Below are positions 21,601-32,755 of a DNA stretch of 64,000 nucleotides, in pieces (the first letter of the stretch is position 1; each line of letters starts with the position of its first letter). Source of the stretch: Amoebophrya sp. A120 (lineage: Eukaryota; Protista; Dinoflagellata). The DNA lies in the NCBI GenBank assembly GCA_905178155.1, contig CAJINV010000001.1:2656089-2720088 (forward strand). Reading direction: 5' to 3'. A program made the position numbers and the translations under genes. The notes under the pieces were generated by a model. It was not told the DNA's origin. It saw only the letters and a list, made by a program, of their open reading frames with translations, and made no database searches.

Positions 21601-24600
21601 GCACAGCGGCTGCGGGACGCCTTCGACTGGGTCATCGTGCCCATGGCCTCGGTCGACGGGGTTGTCGCGGGGCACTCGCGCTGTCCAGGCGGGCACGACA
21701 CGGTCAGTCTCCACAGGCACTGGCAGAAGATGGGGACGAGGACGAGTAGTAAAACTAGTAGCGCAACGATTTCTACTAGTACTTCTACGCTGGATCAAAC
21801 TATTAGCTCCGTTCTTGGGGCCACGACGACGTCCACTGATGTGCCTAATGCTGCTTCCGAAAGCGAAAGAACTGTCGTGCCCCTGGTCGTGAAGGCGTTG
21901 CGCGCCAAACTGGAGCAGATCCAAAACGAGGAAGGGAGGCAGATTGTGTCTGTCATCGACTTTGAATCGCAGGTGAGCAAGCGCGACTCGATCCTGTCCT
22001 TGACGCAGTCTTACTTTTCCAACTTTTCCGCCAAGGGGCTAACACCGAATAGGCCACCAGAAATGTCGTCGAGTGGTGCGACGTCGAATGCGGCGGGTGG
22101 GCAACAACAGCAGCAGCAGCAGCAGCAGCCTAAGGACCACGACAACGGTATCCTGAGTAAAAACGTACCCACACCAGAGTCAGGATGGGGATTTTGCAAC
22201 ACAAACCTAGGAGTTTTGTGAGTCACGCATGACAAGTTTCAGTCCGTAAGGTAGTGCAAGGTAGCAAGGAAAGCCGCATCACAAATCGATCTGCTAATCC
22301 TGTTTACAGTATTACAAGTTCCCAAACACGATTGAAAATGCCTGTCATGGGGTTGCGCATCACAAATGTTCCTGTCATGGCAAAGTCGCATGACAACTCT
22401 GGTGTGGGTACGTTTTTACTCAGGATAAACGGAGATGAGACGTTCGACGAGTCCGCGCAGAGATACCGCCAGCGCCTGCGCGACTACATGAAACGCGAGG
22501 ACGTGCGACTGACCTATTTGCCGGACTTCCTCGGTCGTGCCTGCATGGATGTGGATTTGGAGAAGTGTCAACACTTCGCGGCAAAAACGCCGAGTGCTGT
22601 CTTTTGTGCAGAGGTGAATAGCGCAAGTAGCCTCGTTGCGGGTGCTGGGGTGAAAAGTAGCAGCGACCCCCTCCGGAGGAACATCAGCGCTTCGGGCCTT
22701 GCAGGTGAAGATGTTGGGGCTGCGAACAATCCAGATGAGGACCTCGATGCGGATTTGGAAGATGTGGAGGAGGACGAGGAGGAGGACGAGGATCTGGATG
22801 AAGCTAACAACCCAGCTGAGGGCGAGGAAACTGCGACAGCCGGCGCGGCTGGCGGAAAGGAAGGCTCTTCTTCCACAGCGGCGCTAGTAGCAACATCTGA
22901 CTCATCAACAGTCGCTGCGAACAAATCACAGAATAGCGCCGGCAAAACAAAATCGCAGGCGGTGATTCCTTTTGCCAAGGGCGAGGTGCGCGAAATCCGG
23001 GATGCGGCGCTGGGAGGGACCAATGCTAAAGCGACGAGTCTAGCGGGGCCCTACTCGTCCGCAAGCCGGCGGGTCGGCCCGGACCGCGCCAGTCTGCGCA
23101 TGGCGCTCTCCGCGGAGCTGCACAACTGTTGCTTCCTGTCGATCGAGACCTCCCTGTTCGGGATCTCCTCCCTCACGAGCCGCTTGGAAGTGCAGCGGAA
23201 GCGGTCCAGGCCGTACCAGCGCGCGTACGGGCGTCCGGCGCTGCTGGACTACGTCTCCGGGAGCCGGGAGCTGCACAGGTTTTTCGGCAAGGGCACGCCG
23301 TTCTGCGGGATCCGACTCGCGTCGCTTGGGCTCGCGTTGGGCTTGTCGCTGTTCCGGCTTCTCGTGGCGCACGAACTGGAGGGCGAGAAGAATGCCAACA
23401 GCAATCTGCACGGGTGCCCCAACGCCGCGCCGAAGGAAATCCGGCCCTGGACGCCGCGCACGCAGGAGCAGATCGTGTGGGAGATCGCGCGCACCCGGTG
23501 CCAGAGTCTCGGCGAGTGCCGGATGCGCAGCGCCGGCGTGCTGGCGACGCCACGGCAGGTGCGGTTCACCAAACCGTTCTTCGACCTGTGGATCTCCCTC
23601 GTCGAGGGAAATTTGGTCGAGAATTTACCGCAGAAGAGCTCCAAAGAACAGGCGTTAGCGCGCAAGGCGGTGGCGGAGCGACCGCAGACCTGGAGCCGGC
23701 TGAAGCCAACAACCTTGTCTCTCACCTTCGCCCCACCGTCCGCTTGCGCGCGACACAGTTTGTCGACCTCAAAGTGCTGTCACGGCGGCCTGCTCCCCTT
23801 CGACAGCGACGATCTGTCCATGTTCCGGAAACACTGCCCCTGGCTGGACGTGGAAACGCTTTTGAAGTACAAAATCGCCGTATTAAGAGGAAAAATCCCC
23901 CCTCCCCATATCGAAAAGGTATGTTTCCGAAAATTTGCGTTGCTGATTTGAGACCCCAAACCACGTGTGTCTTGCAAGAAGGCAACGCTACAACCTCCGC
24001 AGCATTTTGTAGGCGGTTTGTGATGCTGATGGGCCTACAGCATGGCCGTTTCTCATGCTAGACGCCTAGGCCAAAACCTCTCGCCTTAGGCTCAGTATGG
24101 GCCTGCAGTCCTCTAGTGCAAGACAAATCTGATTTGTGTACGCAAATCCTGCGTCAGAGACTTCGTTTTGATATGGGGAGGGGGGATTTTTCCTCTCAAT
24201 ACGCCGAGTTTCGCCCCTTGAACAAGCGCTTTCCCTGGAAGTTCAACGCGGACGTGGCTTCCGCGGTGGAAGTGATCACCGTGCCGGCCCAATTATCGCA
24301 CTCGTCCTCGTCACAGCCCCAATTAGTGAACAGCGGTTTCGGCGGATCCGGCGGGTCCTCGTTCGGTTTTGGGTTCGGCTCCACGGGGAAGAACAAGGAT
24401 CATGACAATGCTGCAAATACTAAATCCACGTCGCCGATGAAAAGGCTGTCGCACCAATCCTCCTCGACGGCCCTCGCGATCGGGCAAGACGCGTCCGGCG
24501 ACATCGACCCCTTTTCCGTGTTTCACAAGACCACGTCGCAAAAGCGTCTCGCGACAATCGCGGAGCCCATTCCCTCGAGCAACGAGGGCAGCGCGAAGGA

Positions 24601-27600
24601 CGATGTGGTGTCGCAGCCGGAACATCATCAAATGGAGCATGCGCTGCCGTTGACGCAACTGATGCAAAAACTGCAGCAGCACGCGGGGGAGCACTCGTTG
24701 TTGCCGATTTCGGTCAAATACAGCATGGAAAATGAGGGAAAAATGCCGGATTTCGAACTCCTCGCACAGGAGACGAACGCGAATTTTGGCAACATCGTCA
24801 CGCAACTGCTCACCAACCCGGATTTGGCCAAGAGCGTCCGGTGGGACGAACTGTCGACCGAGGATCAGCAGATGCTGCGGTTGCACCTCGCCATGTTGAA
24901 GACCTGTGCGGTGTCTGCGACGGGGAATGAGCGGGTGTTCGTCCGCGAGCCCTGCCACCGAACCCTGACCAGCGAGCTTCTGTGCCCGAATTTGAAAGGT
25001 CCGGCGGTCACCCCCCGGAAAAAGAAGAAGAAAACGTCGAATGCAACTGCTTCGAGGCAAGGCGGAATAAGTACGTCTAAACGGGACGAAAGGTCCACAT
25101 CTCCGGACAGCAGGCACAAGATTCCGATGTCGTCGCCCATGCTTCGGATGTTGGCGGAAACGAGAACCCCCGGGAGTTCTCCCGAGGACTGGCGAAGGAG
25201 AAACGAAGTCGCAAACACGACGAAACCGAGTTTGTACATGGAAGAATTTGCCTCCAGTGGGGACGACGGCCAGGAATACGAGTATGACTCTGAGGACCAG
25301 TTGCGCAAGGACGTGCGCAGACTCGTCCGACAGTACGTCGTCGATGGAGACAGCAGCGAGTACTGCAGCACGTCCCCGTCCTCCGCCGGCACGGGGTCGC
25401 CCAATCCCCGGCGCGGGACCAGCGTGGGAAGTGAGTCCGGTATTGTTCGGGAGAAGAAGAGCAGCAAATCCGCATCACGTAGAAACAAGAGCGCTGCAGC
25501 CCTCGCGTATCCTTCTCGCGCCACGCAAAAGAAGCTTTTGGCCGGGTTGGCGAAGTACGAGCAGACCTTGTCCGGGCCCATGCGCAAACGCGGACGGATC
25601 TACAAGAAGCGCAAGCTGCGGAAGGAAAAGGGCTTTGTCGGTTCAGAGTCCTTTCAGCGGCTCGCGTCGGGCGTGCGCTCGCTTGTGAACAAAAAGAAGA
25701 AGATGCTGGGTGGCGGGAGACAGGACAACATGGGCGGAGAGAACAGCAGCAGTCAGAGTCCGCACAAGCTGTCGCCGCTGCGGCTGACGAAGCACCACAA
25801 CTGGAATGATCTCGCGGCTGCGCACCGGGATCTGTTGAATCAAGACAACAGTAGACAGCACGGGGGCATGTTGGCTGCGACCACCAGTCAACACGCGCAG
25901 AAGGAACAAACGCTGGAAGAACTGAATGAAGAAGATTCATCGAGTTGCAGTGCTTCAGCCCCGCCCTTGCCGCGGGCACCCGCAGGGTCGACGATGACGG
26001 CGTCTTTCACTTCTGGTGCGGCTTCGGAAAACCCCACAGGAGGACAACAGCAACAAACACAGCAAGCCTCCTTTTCCTCCACCGCTGCGCGCATCTACGC
26101 TGATCAGGTGTCCGACGATCCCCACCGGATCACGCAGTTTGACGTGCAGAACTGGACGAAGACAGGGCCCATCGACCAAACGCCGCCCTCGCGCGGTTTG
26201 TACTCCGCCAACACGCCCGACGACCCGCTTTCGGTGGGGAAGCAAGTGGAATCTGCAAACGGAGGGAATAGCAACCCCAACAACGGAACTTCTTCCAACG
26301 GCAAATACGATCCGATCACGGAGGCGGCGCGGCGCCGGCGCACCTTGCAGACGCCGAAAACACCCTACCGGCAGCCCTGGGGGGTGCAGCCCACTGCGTT
26401 ACCTCCCGCGGCGCCGGGGAACGACGTGATAACGCCGAGTAAAGAGCAGTCGCAGAAAAGCTACTATCTGCAGAACAAGGAGCATAGTAGTTCCTCTGCG
26501 AAAAAGCGGATGAACAAGCGGAACGAACCGGAATACTTGAAATGCTCTAAAACCTTCGCCGAGGGCGTGATCCACCATCGGAGATTGATCGGGACAAGGG
26601 AAAACAGCGCTTCCTCCGCATCGTCCACTGCAGGCGACTTTGGGTTCGACGAGAGCACGCGACCACCTTTGCCAGCTGGTCTCTCATCTTCAAGCAAGAA
26701 ATTATACTACCACGCGCAGAGCCCCACGGGGAAGCATACGCTCGACGCGGATCTGTTTGCGGGTTTGGTGAACCGCGTGAAGGGGGCGATGCCCGGTCCG
26801 CTTTCCGACGTGGAGATGGGACAGCAGCGGGGCGGTGGACAGCAGGGAAATGCGAACGAGGAGGACAGCGCGACATCGCAATCGAATTCCCTAGGTCGGG
26901 TTCGGCTCGACGGCTGGCATCGCGGGTTGAATAACGTCGACGGGGAGTCGAATGGAAGCAAAAAAGGCACAAGCGATATCGAGGTGGACGACGGGAATTA
27001 TTTGGACGATGTGAACGAAACGATGTTGTCAAAAGTGCTGGATGGCGGAGAGGAGGACGAACATGATGATCGACTCGGGAATGCCATGGATCCTGATGCA
27101 ATGAATAACAGTTCCGACATTTCTGTCGTTCGCGGCGAAGCGCGCGTGAGTGTCGACGGACGGTCGCCGCAAAACCGAACGGAAAGAGCGTTTGTTTCTG
27201 ACGAGGAACCGGGTGAAGCGGTAGAGCACGATGGAACACCACTCGAGTCCCACCTCGTCCCGCAATTCAGTGACACATCCGAGAAAGACGCCGAGTCTGA
27301 CACTGCCGTTTCTGGCGATTCAAAGAAGAATATAGCCGCGATTCAACAACGACAAAAAAACCTCTTACTTTCGCCCTCGGAACACGACCGGCCGCAGGGG
27401 CGCCGAACGACAAGGCGGGGGCAGGGGCAGCGCAGTGGGAGACCGATCGAGACCGAGGTGACGCGGTTCAAACAGTTGAACGGTACTAGTACTGCAGGAG
27501 CGGCAGGCGGACCGCAACTACTCGGGTCGTCGAGTGCGACATCAAATGTGCATCCCGCTACGAGCAAGCGGGACGCCAAGGCGAAAACGCTGGGACTGGG

Positions 27601-28564
27601 GACGACGACAAATTTCTACAATCGGGACACTCACTTTGCTTCGATGGACAGTTTGGCCGGCGCCTCTGAAGACATGACACAGGCGGCGATTGAATTGCTC
27701 CGGACAGGAAACACGGACATTATGAAAGTCGAATCCGTTGGATCGCTGTCCTTTGCGGGAGGTGGAAATAACGCTACTTCCGCTGCCTCTTCCAGCAAAA
27801 GCAAGCAAATGCAGCCAAATCTTCCACCGCAGGTGCCTACAACCACGTCGACGTCCAGCACACAGAGATTAGCGCAAGTCGACTTTTCGCAAGCCATCAT
27901 GACGAGGCCGAAGGGCAGCCCGGCGGGGAGCGACAGGTCATCTGACCATCCTGCAGCCCCTGCGCATGACAGTACTAATAGTAACCTTCCGTCGAATGCC
28001 AGTGGTGCAACAACCACGTCGACAGTGAAACCGCACGTGATCGCGAAGCCGAATTACTCCACGACGCATAATAAACCCGTGATTTCGAGGACGAACTCGA
28101 AGGAGGACCGCGCGGAAGCGATTTCTTCCTCTTTCACCAGCGCCCAGAAGCAGCAGCAATCCGAAGTGGAGCAGCTCGCCGGCCTCGTCACGAACAAGGA
28201 CGGCACGATAGACATTTTATCGGCGATGAACAAAAACCTACGCAAGCAGCTAAAGGAGATCGGGGTGAAGGATAGCAAAGAACATCAAGCAGCAGGCGGT
28301 AGCACCACTCTACCATCATCACCAGGCGGGAAACTTGTGAAGGGGCAAACAAGTGGGCTCGTCGGCCGCAAGGACCATCATTTCTCCAGCACGTCGCGTT
28401 TCATCCAGCAGCAAGTGGTCGAGGCAACCAGTTTGCAGGCAACCGCGACCAGCAATCGTGGGTTCGGGTCAACTTTAGGTGGCGGCGGGACCAGCTCGCC
28501 GTTCAAGCGTTCACCCGGAAAATTGCCCAGGAAGAAGGACCAGACCGCGCCGAGGTTCCTGTGA
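18640..28564 (+). CDS. Cytosolic carboxypeptidase-like protein (M14D, CCP/AGBL/Nna1 family), probably catalytically inactive, with long low-complexity C-terminus; 7 introner introns plus canonical intron 20972-21094
   Basis: FSAAFENGNL, WFHFAV, RFEIVNL, LPYTLTHL, ARQTPSD, VPMASVDGVVAGHSR and SIETS appear in CCP order once the introns are removed. Confidence 0.8.
18681..18959. mobile_element. Introner family A (279 bp, interior opposite to the 6697 copy)
   Basis: Perfect TIR of about 32 bp. TSD AGCGC. Empty site present in paralogs at about 16841 and 17701. Confidence 0.95.
19018..19279. mobile_element. Introner family B (262 bp, reversed interior)
   Basis: TATGGGTTGCAAAAATGTCTGGGTCTGGA...TCCAGACCCAGACATTTTTGCATTTGATA. 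TSD TCGGT. Empty site at about 17755. Confidence 0.93.
19550..19873. mobile_element. Introner family C (324 bp)
   Basis: TATTACAATGAAAAATGCCCCTTCCCCATATC...GATATGGGGTGGGGGCTTTTTTTACTTTGATA. TSD GAGGT. Join RVEV|QFDP. Confidence 0.92.
20134..20395. mobile_element. Introner family D (262 bp)
   Basis: TATAACTTGCTCA..CTCAAACGTTACAATAGA / TCTATTGTAACGTTTGAG..TGAGCAGGTCATA. TSD AGCAT. Join HVSI|RPTE. Confidence 0.92.
20439..20717. mobile_element. Introner family A (279 bp)
   Basis: Family A TIRs. TSD CTTGA. Join EAL|NRQG. Confidence 0.95.
22149..22427. mobile_element. Introner family A (279 bp)
   Basis: Family A TIRs. TSD AACGG. Join HDNG|DETF. Confidence 0.95.
23881..24201. mobile_element. Introner family C (321 bp, reversed interior)
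   Basis: TATTAAGAGGAAAAATCCCCCCTCCCCATATC...GATATGGGGAGGGGGATTTTTCCTCTCAATA. TSD CGCCG. Join KIA|EFRP. Confidence 0.95.
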
Positions 28565-29210
28565 GCCTGGAGGGAGCAGGAACTGTTTTGTAATTGAGCT
28601 GCTGTTGCGTGAGCCTGAAGTGCATCACGTGCGATGGACCGATTATTCAATGAGCTATGCAGGAAGGAAGTTCGTCGTCAACCTCGACGGCCTCGTTCTG
28701 ACGGATTAAGATGATATGCGCGTTATCCAGGTCGTCAGAAAAACTTTGAAATACAGAACATTTGTTTTCGGCGGGCTTCAATTCAAAGGTAAGAGTAAAA
28801 CTCGCTGAAAAGAGTTGCACGAAAGCCATTGATCCTGATTTTCGCGCGTTTTGTTCCATCTCGACTTGGCTGTCTTTTGACCTCGATCATGATCCTACAA
28901 GATCCACGTCTACTGCGGCTTCTTCTCCAATCCGAGTTGGAGTATTTTGCGTTTCGCCACTCAGTGCTTACTTTCCGTTTCGAAAGATCCAATGTGAAAT
29001 TAAGTAGACACAGGTCCGGCGCTCGTCGATCAGCACGAAAGACGTAACTGGGAGCGTCTTTGATGAAAGTTTAGCTGCGGCAAGGCCCAAGGTGGACCAT
29101 TTTGGGATAAGTTAAGTAGTTTTACTCAATCCAGAATGACTCGGAAGACTGCCGAAGTTTGAACCGCGATCGTGTCAGGACTTCCACTTCATACTCGTCA
29201 TTTTGAAAAA

Positions 29211-30311
29211 ATGGCTCCTGCAAAAATTACTGTAGAACAGGAAGGACCGTCTGCCCGTTACGCAGCGTGGGTGGAGCGTCGCTTCTCCAGCTTTGTGCTG
29301 CAAGAGCAAGACAAGCAGCGGGTGAACGTCGAAGCACGAAGCGGAGCCGTGGTTGAAACGGACCCAATGAAAACGGTGCAGATTTTCCAGGAATCTACAA
29401 AGGAAGCGCACAGATGCGCGATACTAAAACTTGATTTGAAGTACCATCAACTGTGTGTGGAGGCTGCGCGACGCGGTTGGCTATGCAGCGAGGAGCTGAG
29501 GCGCACGGGACCGAAAAGTGCCGATTCCTTCTCTTGGATTTTTGGAAAACCAGCACTCGTTCAAAAACAAATTCCGGTGGGCGAGCAGGCCACGTTAGCA
29601 CAGCAGGATGTTCTCGAGATATGGTATGAAGATGATCCGACGATACACTACAGGGAATTCTATCCCGGGCCCGGAAAGCACTACGAGGCACTGTCTAAGT
29701 CCATAGCACAAGACCAGGTCCGCGCATGGATGAGCGTGGTGCGAAGAAGGTTTCAGGAGCAATCACAAATTTTGCACCCGCACTTGCCGTCCGAACTCTT
29801 CTTGAAGATTAGATTCTTTCTCCGACCCTGCGGTTCGGTCATCCTGAACCCTTTGTACCTGGCGGAGACTGCAGCGAAAAAGCGCCTGCGCGATATCGAG
29901 CCGCTAGCCGCAGCTGCGCTAAAAAACTGTTTGGAGGATGCACCGCGCGCTGCTGTACATGCTCCAGTTCTCAAACATGGAGCAACTGGAAAAGTTTGGT
30001 CGCGTCGGGATCCCGTGCGTAGGACCACCGTTGTCGGCTTGCAACTTGGAACGGGCCTGAGCTTCATGATAGAGGGAAGGGCGTTGCAGATGTGGCCTTT
30101 GAGTAGCGAGAACGAAATCATCGATAGCGAGGCATGGGAAACGCTTCGGCAGACGGAGATCGCAGATAAAGCGCCCCTCGTGCGTCCGTCGAAAGAGGAG
30201 GTGAAGTACGCGAATTTGATGGGCATCTTGCGGGAATTTTTTGAATCCAAAGGTTTGAAGTTTACCCAGAATGAGGAGGATCGTAGCAAGTTCGAGATCT
30301 CTTGGGGATAA
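29211..30311 (+). CDS. Tandem family member 1, intronless, with central F-box-like motif
   Basis: Paralog of the next two ORFs. HLPSELFLKIRFFL; C-terminus KFEISWG. Confidence 0.75.
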   Translation: MAPAKITVEQEGPSARYAAWVERRFSSFVLQEQDKQRVNVEARSGAVVETDPMKTVQIFQESTKEAHRCAILKLDLKYHQLCVEAARRGWLCSEELRRTGPKSADSFSWIFGKPALVQKQIPVGEQATLAQQDVLEIWYEDDPTIHYREFYPGPGKHYEALSKSIAQDQVRAWMSVVRRRFQEQSQILHPHLPSELFLKIRFFLRPCGSVILNPLYLAETAAKKRLRDIEPLAAAALKNCLEDAPRAAVHAPVLKHGATGKVWSRRDPVRRTTVVGLQLGTGLSFMIEGRALQMWPLSSENEIIDSEAWETLRQTEIADKAPLVRPSKEEVKYANLMGILREFFESKGLKFTQNEEDRSKFEISWG

Positions 30312-30959
30312 CCCAGTTTCGTGTGAGAACCAAGGAGGGAGCAACATAGACCGTGTTTCAGCTGAAGTGTATCACTTCCGCATGGCTTGCTCCAGGTCTA
30401 ATTGGGCCTCCGCACCGGCAGTCTGACAGATGAATATGTGCGTGGTAGAGGATGTGGTTGTCGGAAAACTTGTGGAATAATAAAGGACCCGTGTTTGCGC
30501 CGGACTTCATCTCTCGAAAGTTGAAACTCGCTGAAAAGAGTACTAAAAACGAAAGCGTCATTCATTCGCTGTGTTTTTGTTCCATCTTGAGGCGGGCGTC
30601 GACTTTGATCGTGATCCCTACGCGATGTATGTGTGTATTTCCGCAGGTCTTTGCTATTCGCATGCTATTCAAATAATTTTTGCCCTACTCGAGCCAACAG
30701 GAGGACGATCATGAAAGCTAGCTGTGTAGTCAAGACCGAAGTCCGACAAGTTTTGTACGACTTTGAAGTTGTAGATTCAGCGAAAATCGGGAACACCTTG
30801 AAACAGAAAGTTCATGTTTTTGCAAGTGATCACTGGAGGAACATGATTTGGGACTAGAAACTGAAGCGGAGCAACGTTAGTAAACGTAATTAGCTTGGCC
30901 TTGGTAGTATACAGAGTTGTTGAAGGTAGCATTTCCATCTCGTTGTACATTCGAGAACA

Positions 30960-32021
30960 ATGTCAGAGTATGGGGCAAGATTTGCAACTGAGGTTCGCGG
31001 TCCGTCTGCAGCGTATGGAGCCTGGGTAGAGAGGCGCATCGCCGGCTATTTACTGCAGCAGCAAGAGAATCATCGGCTTGGTATCGAAACAAGAAGTAGA
31101 GACATTGCAGACGAGGACCCAAAGAACAAGAAAACTGTTCAGAATCTAAAGCAATCCACGACCGAAGCAAACATGTGCGGGGCAATAGAGCTCGACTTGA
31201 AGCTTCATAAAGAGTGTGTGGAAGCTGCGCGACGCGGTTGGCTGTGCAAAAAGGAAAGTGACGACTTTTTTGTCTGGATTTCAGGGAAACCATTTCCACA
31301 GGAACAGCTGGTCTCGGACGGAGAGGCCGGGTTGGCGCGACAGCCACATCTCGAAATCTGGGAGGATGGTCCGCCCCCAGCTCGTCGCTCCTGCCGTGGC
31401 ATTTCCGGGAATTACATGAAGGCGCCTTCTGATTCCGTCGCGCAGGACCAGCTTCGTGTATGGATGACTGTGGTGCGCCGGCGCTTTCCTGTGAAGAGTC
31501 AAATGCCGCACTTTCCCTTTGAGCTCTTTTTGAAAGTGAAGAGCTTCATGCGGCCGCTCGGATCTGTCATTCTGAATCCGTTGTACCTAGCGGAAACTGC
31601 AACGCGCAAGCGCCAACTTGACATTGAGCCGCTACTCGGAGCTGCCCTCAGCAACTGTTTTGCGGATCTGAAGAAAACTACAGCAAGTGGCAGCGTCGGT
31701 TGGACTCGTGACGCGAAGAAAACTGTCAACGGCGCCAGTGTAAGTGTACGAATCAGCCTGGGAAATCGGGTTTTTACGTTGGAAGGTAAGAGGTCGCAGA
31801 TGTGGCCGATGAGAAGTGAGGATGACATCATCGATAGTCCGGACTGGGAATTCCTCCGACAGAAAGAGATCGCAGATAAGGCGCCTTTCGTGCGTCTTTG
31901 GCAGGAGGAGGCGAAGTACGCGAATTTGATGGGGATCTTGCGCGAATTTTTTGAATCCAAAGGTTTGGAGTTTACCCAGAACGAGGAAGATTGTAGCAAG
32001 TTCGAGATCTCTTGGGAATAA
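30960..32021 (+). CDS. Tandem family member 2
   Basis: 353-aa ORF. HFPFELFLKVKSFM; KFEISWE. Confidence 0.78.
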   Translation: MSEYGARFATEVRGPSAAYGAWVERRIAGYLLQQQENHRLGIETRSRDIADEDPKNKKTVQNLKQSTTEANMCGAIELDLKLHKECVEAARRGWLCKKESDDFFVWISGKPFPQEQLVSDGEAGLARQPHLEIWEDGPPPARRSCRGISGNYMKAPSDSVAQDQLRVWMTVVRRRFPVKSQMPHFPFELFLKVKSFMRPLGSVILNPLYLAETATRKRQLDIEPLLGAALSNCFADLKKTTASGSVGWTRDAKKTVNGASVSVRISLGNRVFTLEGKRSQMWPMRSEDDIIDSPDWEFLRQKEIADKAPFVRLWQEEAKYANLMGILREFFESKGLEFTQNEEDCSKFEISWE

Positions 32022-32755
32022 CCGAGGTTCGTGTGAAAAGCTAGGACGAAGGCATGAAGAGTTTCACATTCATAGGTATCAGCTGTATGTCCTTGACGCA
32101 GGCCCCGGCATTGGGACAGAATATGTGCGTCATCCGGGATACGGCTGTCAGAAGAGTTGTGACATAAGGGAAACCTGTTTGGAGAGTTGAAAACTCGATG
32201 ACAGTACGAGTAAGTACCAAAAGTAAAAGCGTTCATCCGTTGTGTCTTTGTTCTATCTACTTGGGATTATTTGGCTTCGATCCCTACGAGAGCAGAGGCA
32301 CGCGCAGCTCCAGAGGGCTTAGCGTGTCGAGTTCGAGTGCTTTGCTTTTCGAATGCTATTCGAAGATGACCGATACTCCTGTGCTAGTCGAGGTGAAAGA
32401 AAGACGATCATGAAAGTTAGCGGCGCAAAGACCAAAGCTGGACAATCCTTGCAGGACTTCTCATTTCTAAATAGAAATTTCTTGGAAATCCAAATCCAAA
32501 ACAACTTGCCAGAGAAATCTGAATGTTCAAATCATCTTGTCGTGAGTGATCATGTGTGCGGCTGCACGGGGCGCTTTTACAAACGACGGAAGTCTGGTAG
32601 GAACTGAAGCGGTGTGTTAAGATGGACATTTCACTTGGTAGGTGAATGTACTAGCATCTCCATTCGAGGCTGTCGGATTCCATTAAAACGACGACAAGGA
32701 AGTAGTAGCATTTTCATTCGACTCCATTTGCTTGTACCTTCGAGAAAATAAATAA

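Noticed and set aside
4916-22427. Recurring peptides ILSKNVPTP / GVGTFLLRI, KIPPPHI and KMSGSGR in many ORFs, as a protein repeat domain
   Set aside because: They are translations of the element TIRs, appear on both strands and run into stop codons.
18681-22427. CRISPR array
   Set aside because: The repeats are inverted pairs bounding homologous interiors, spacing is irregular, there are no cas genes and the context is eukaryotic.
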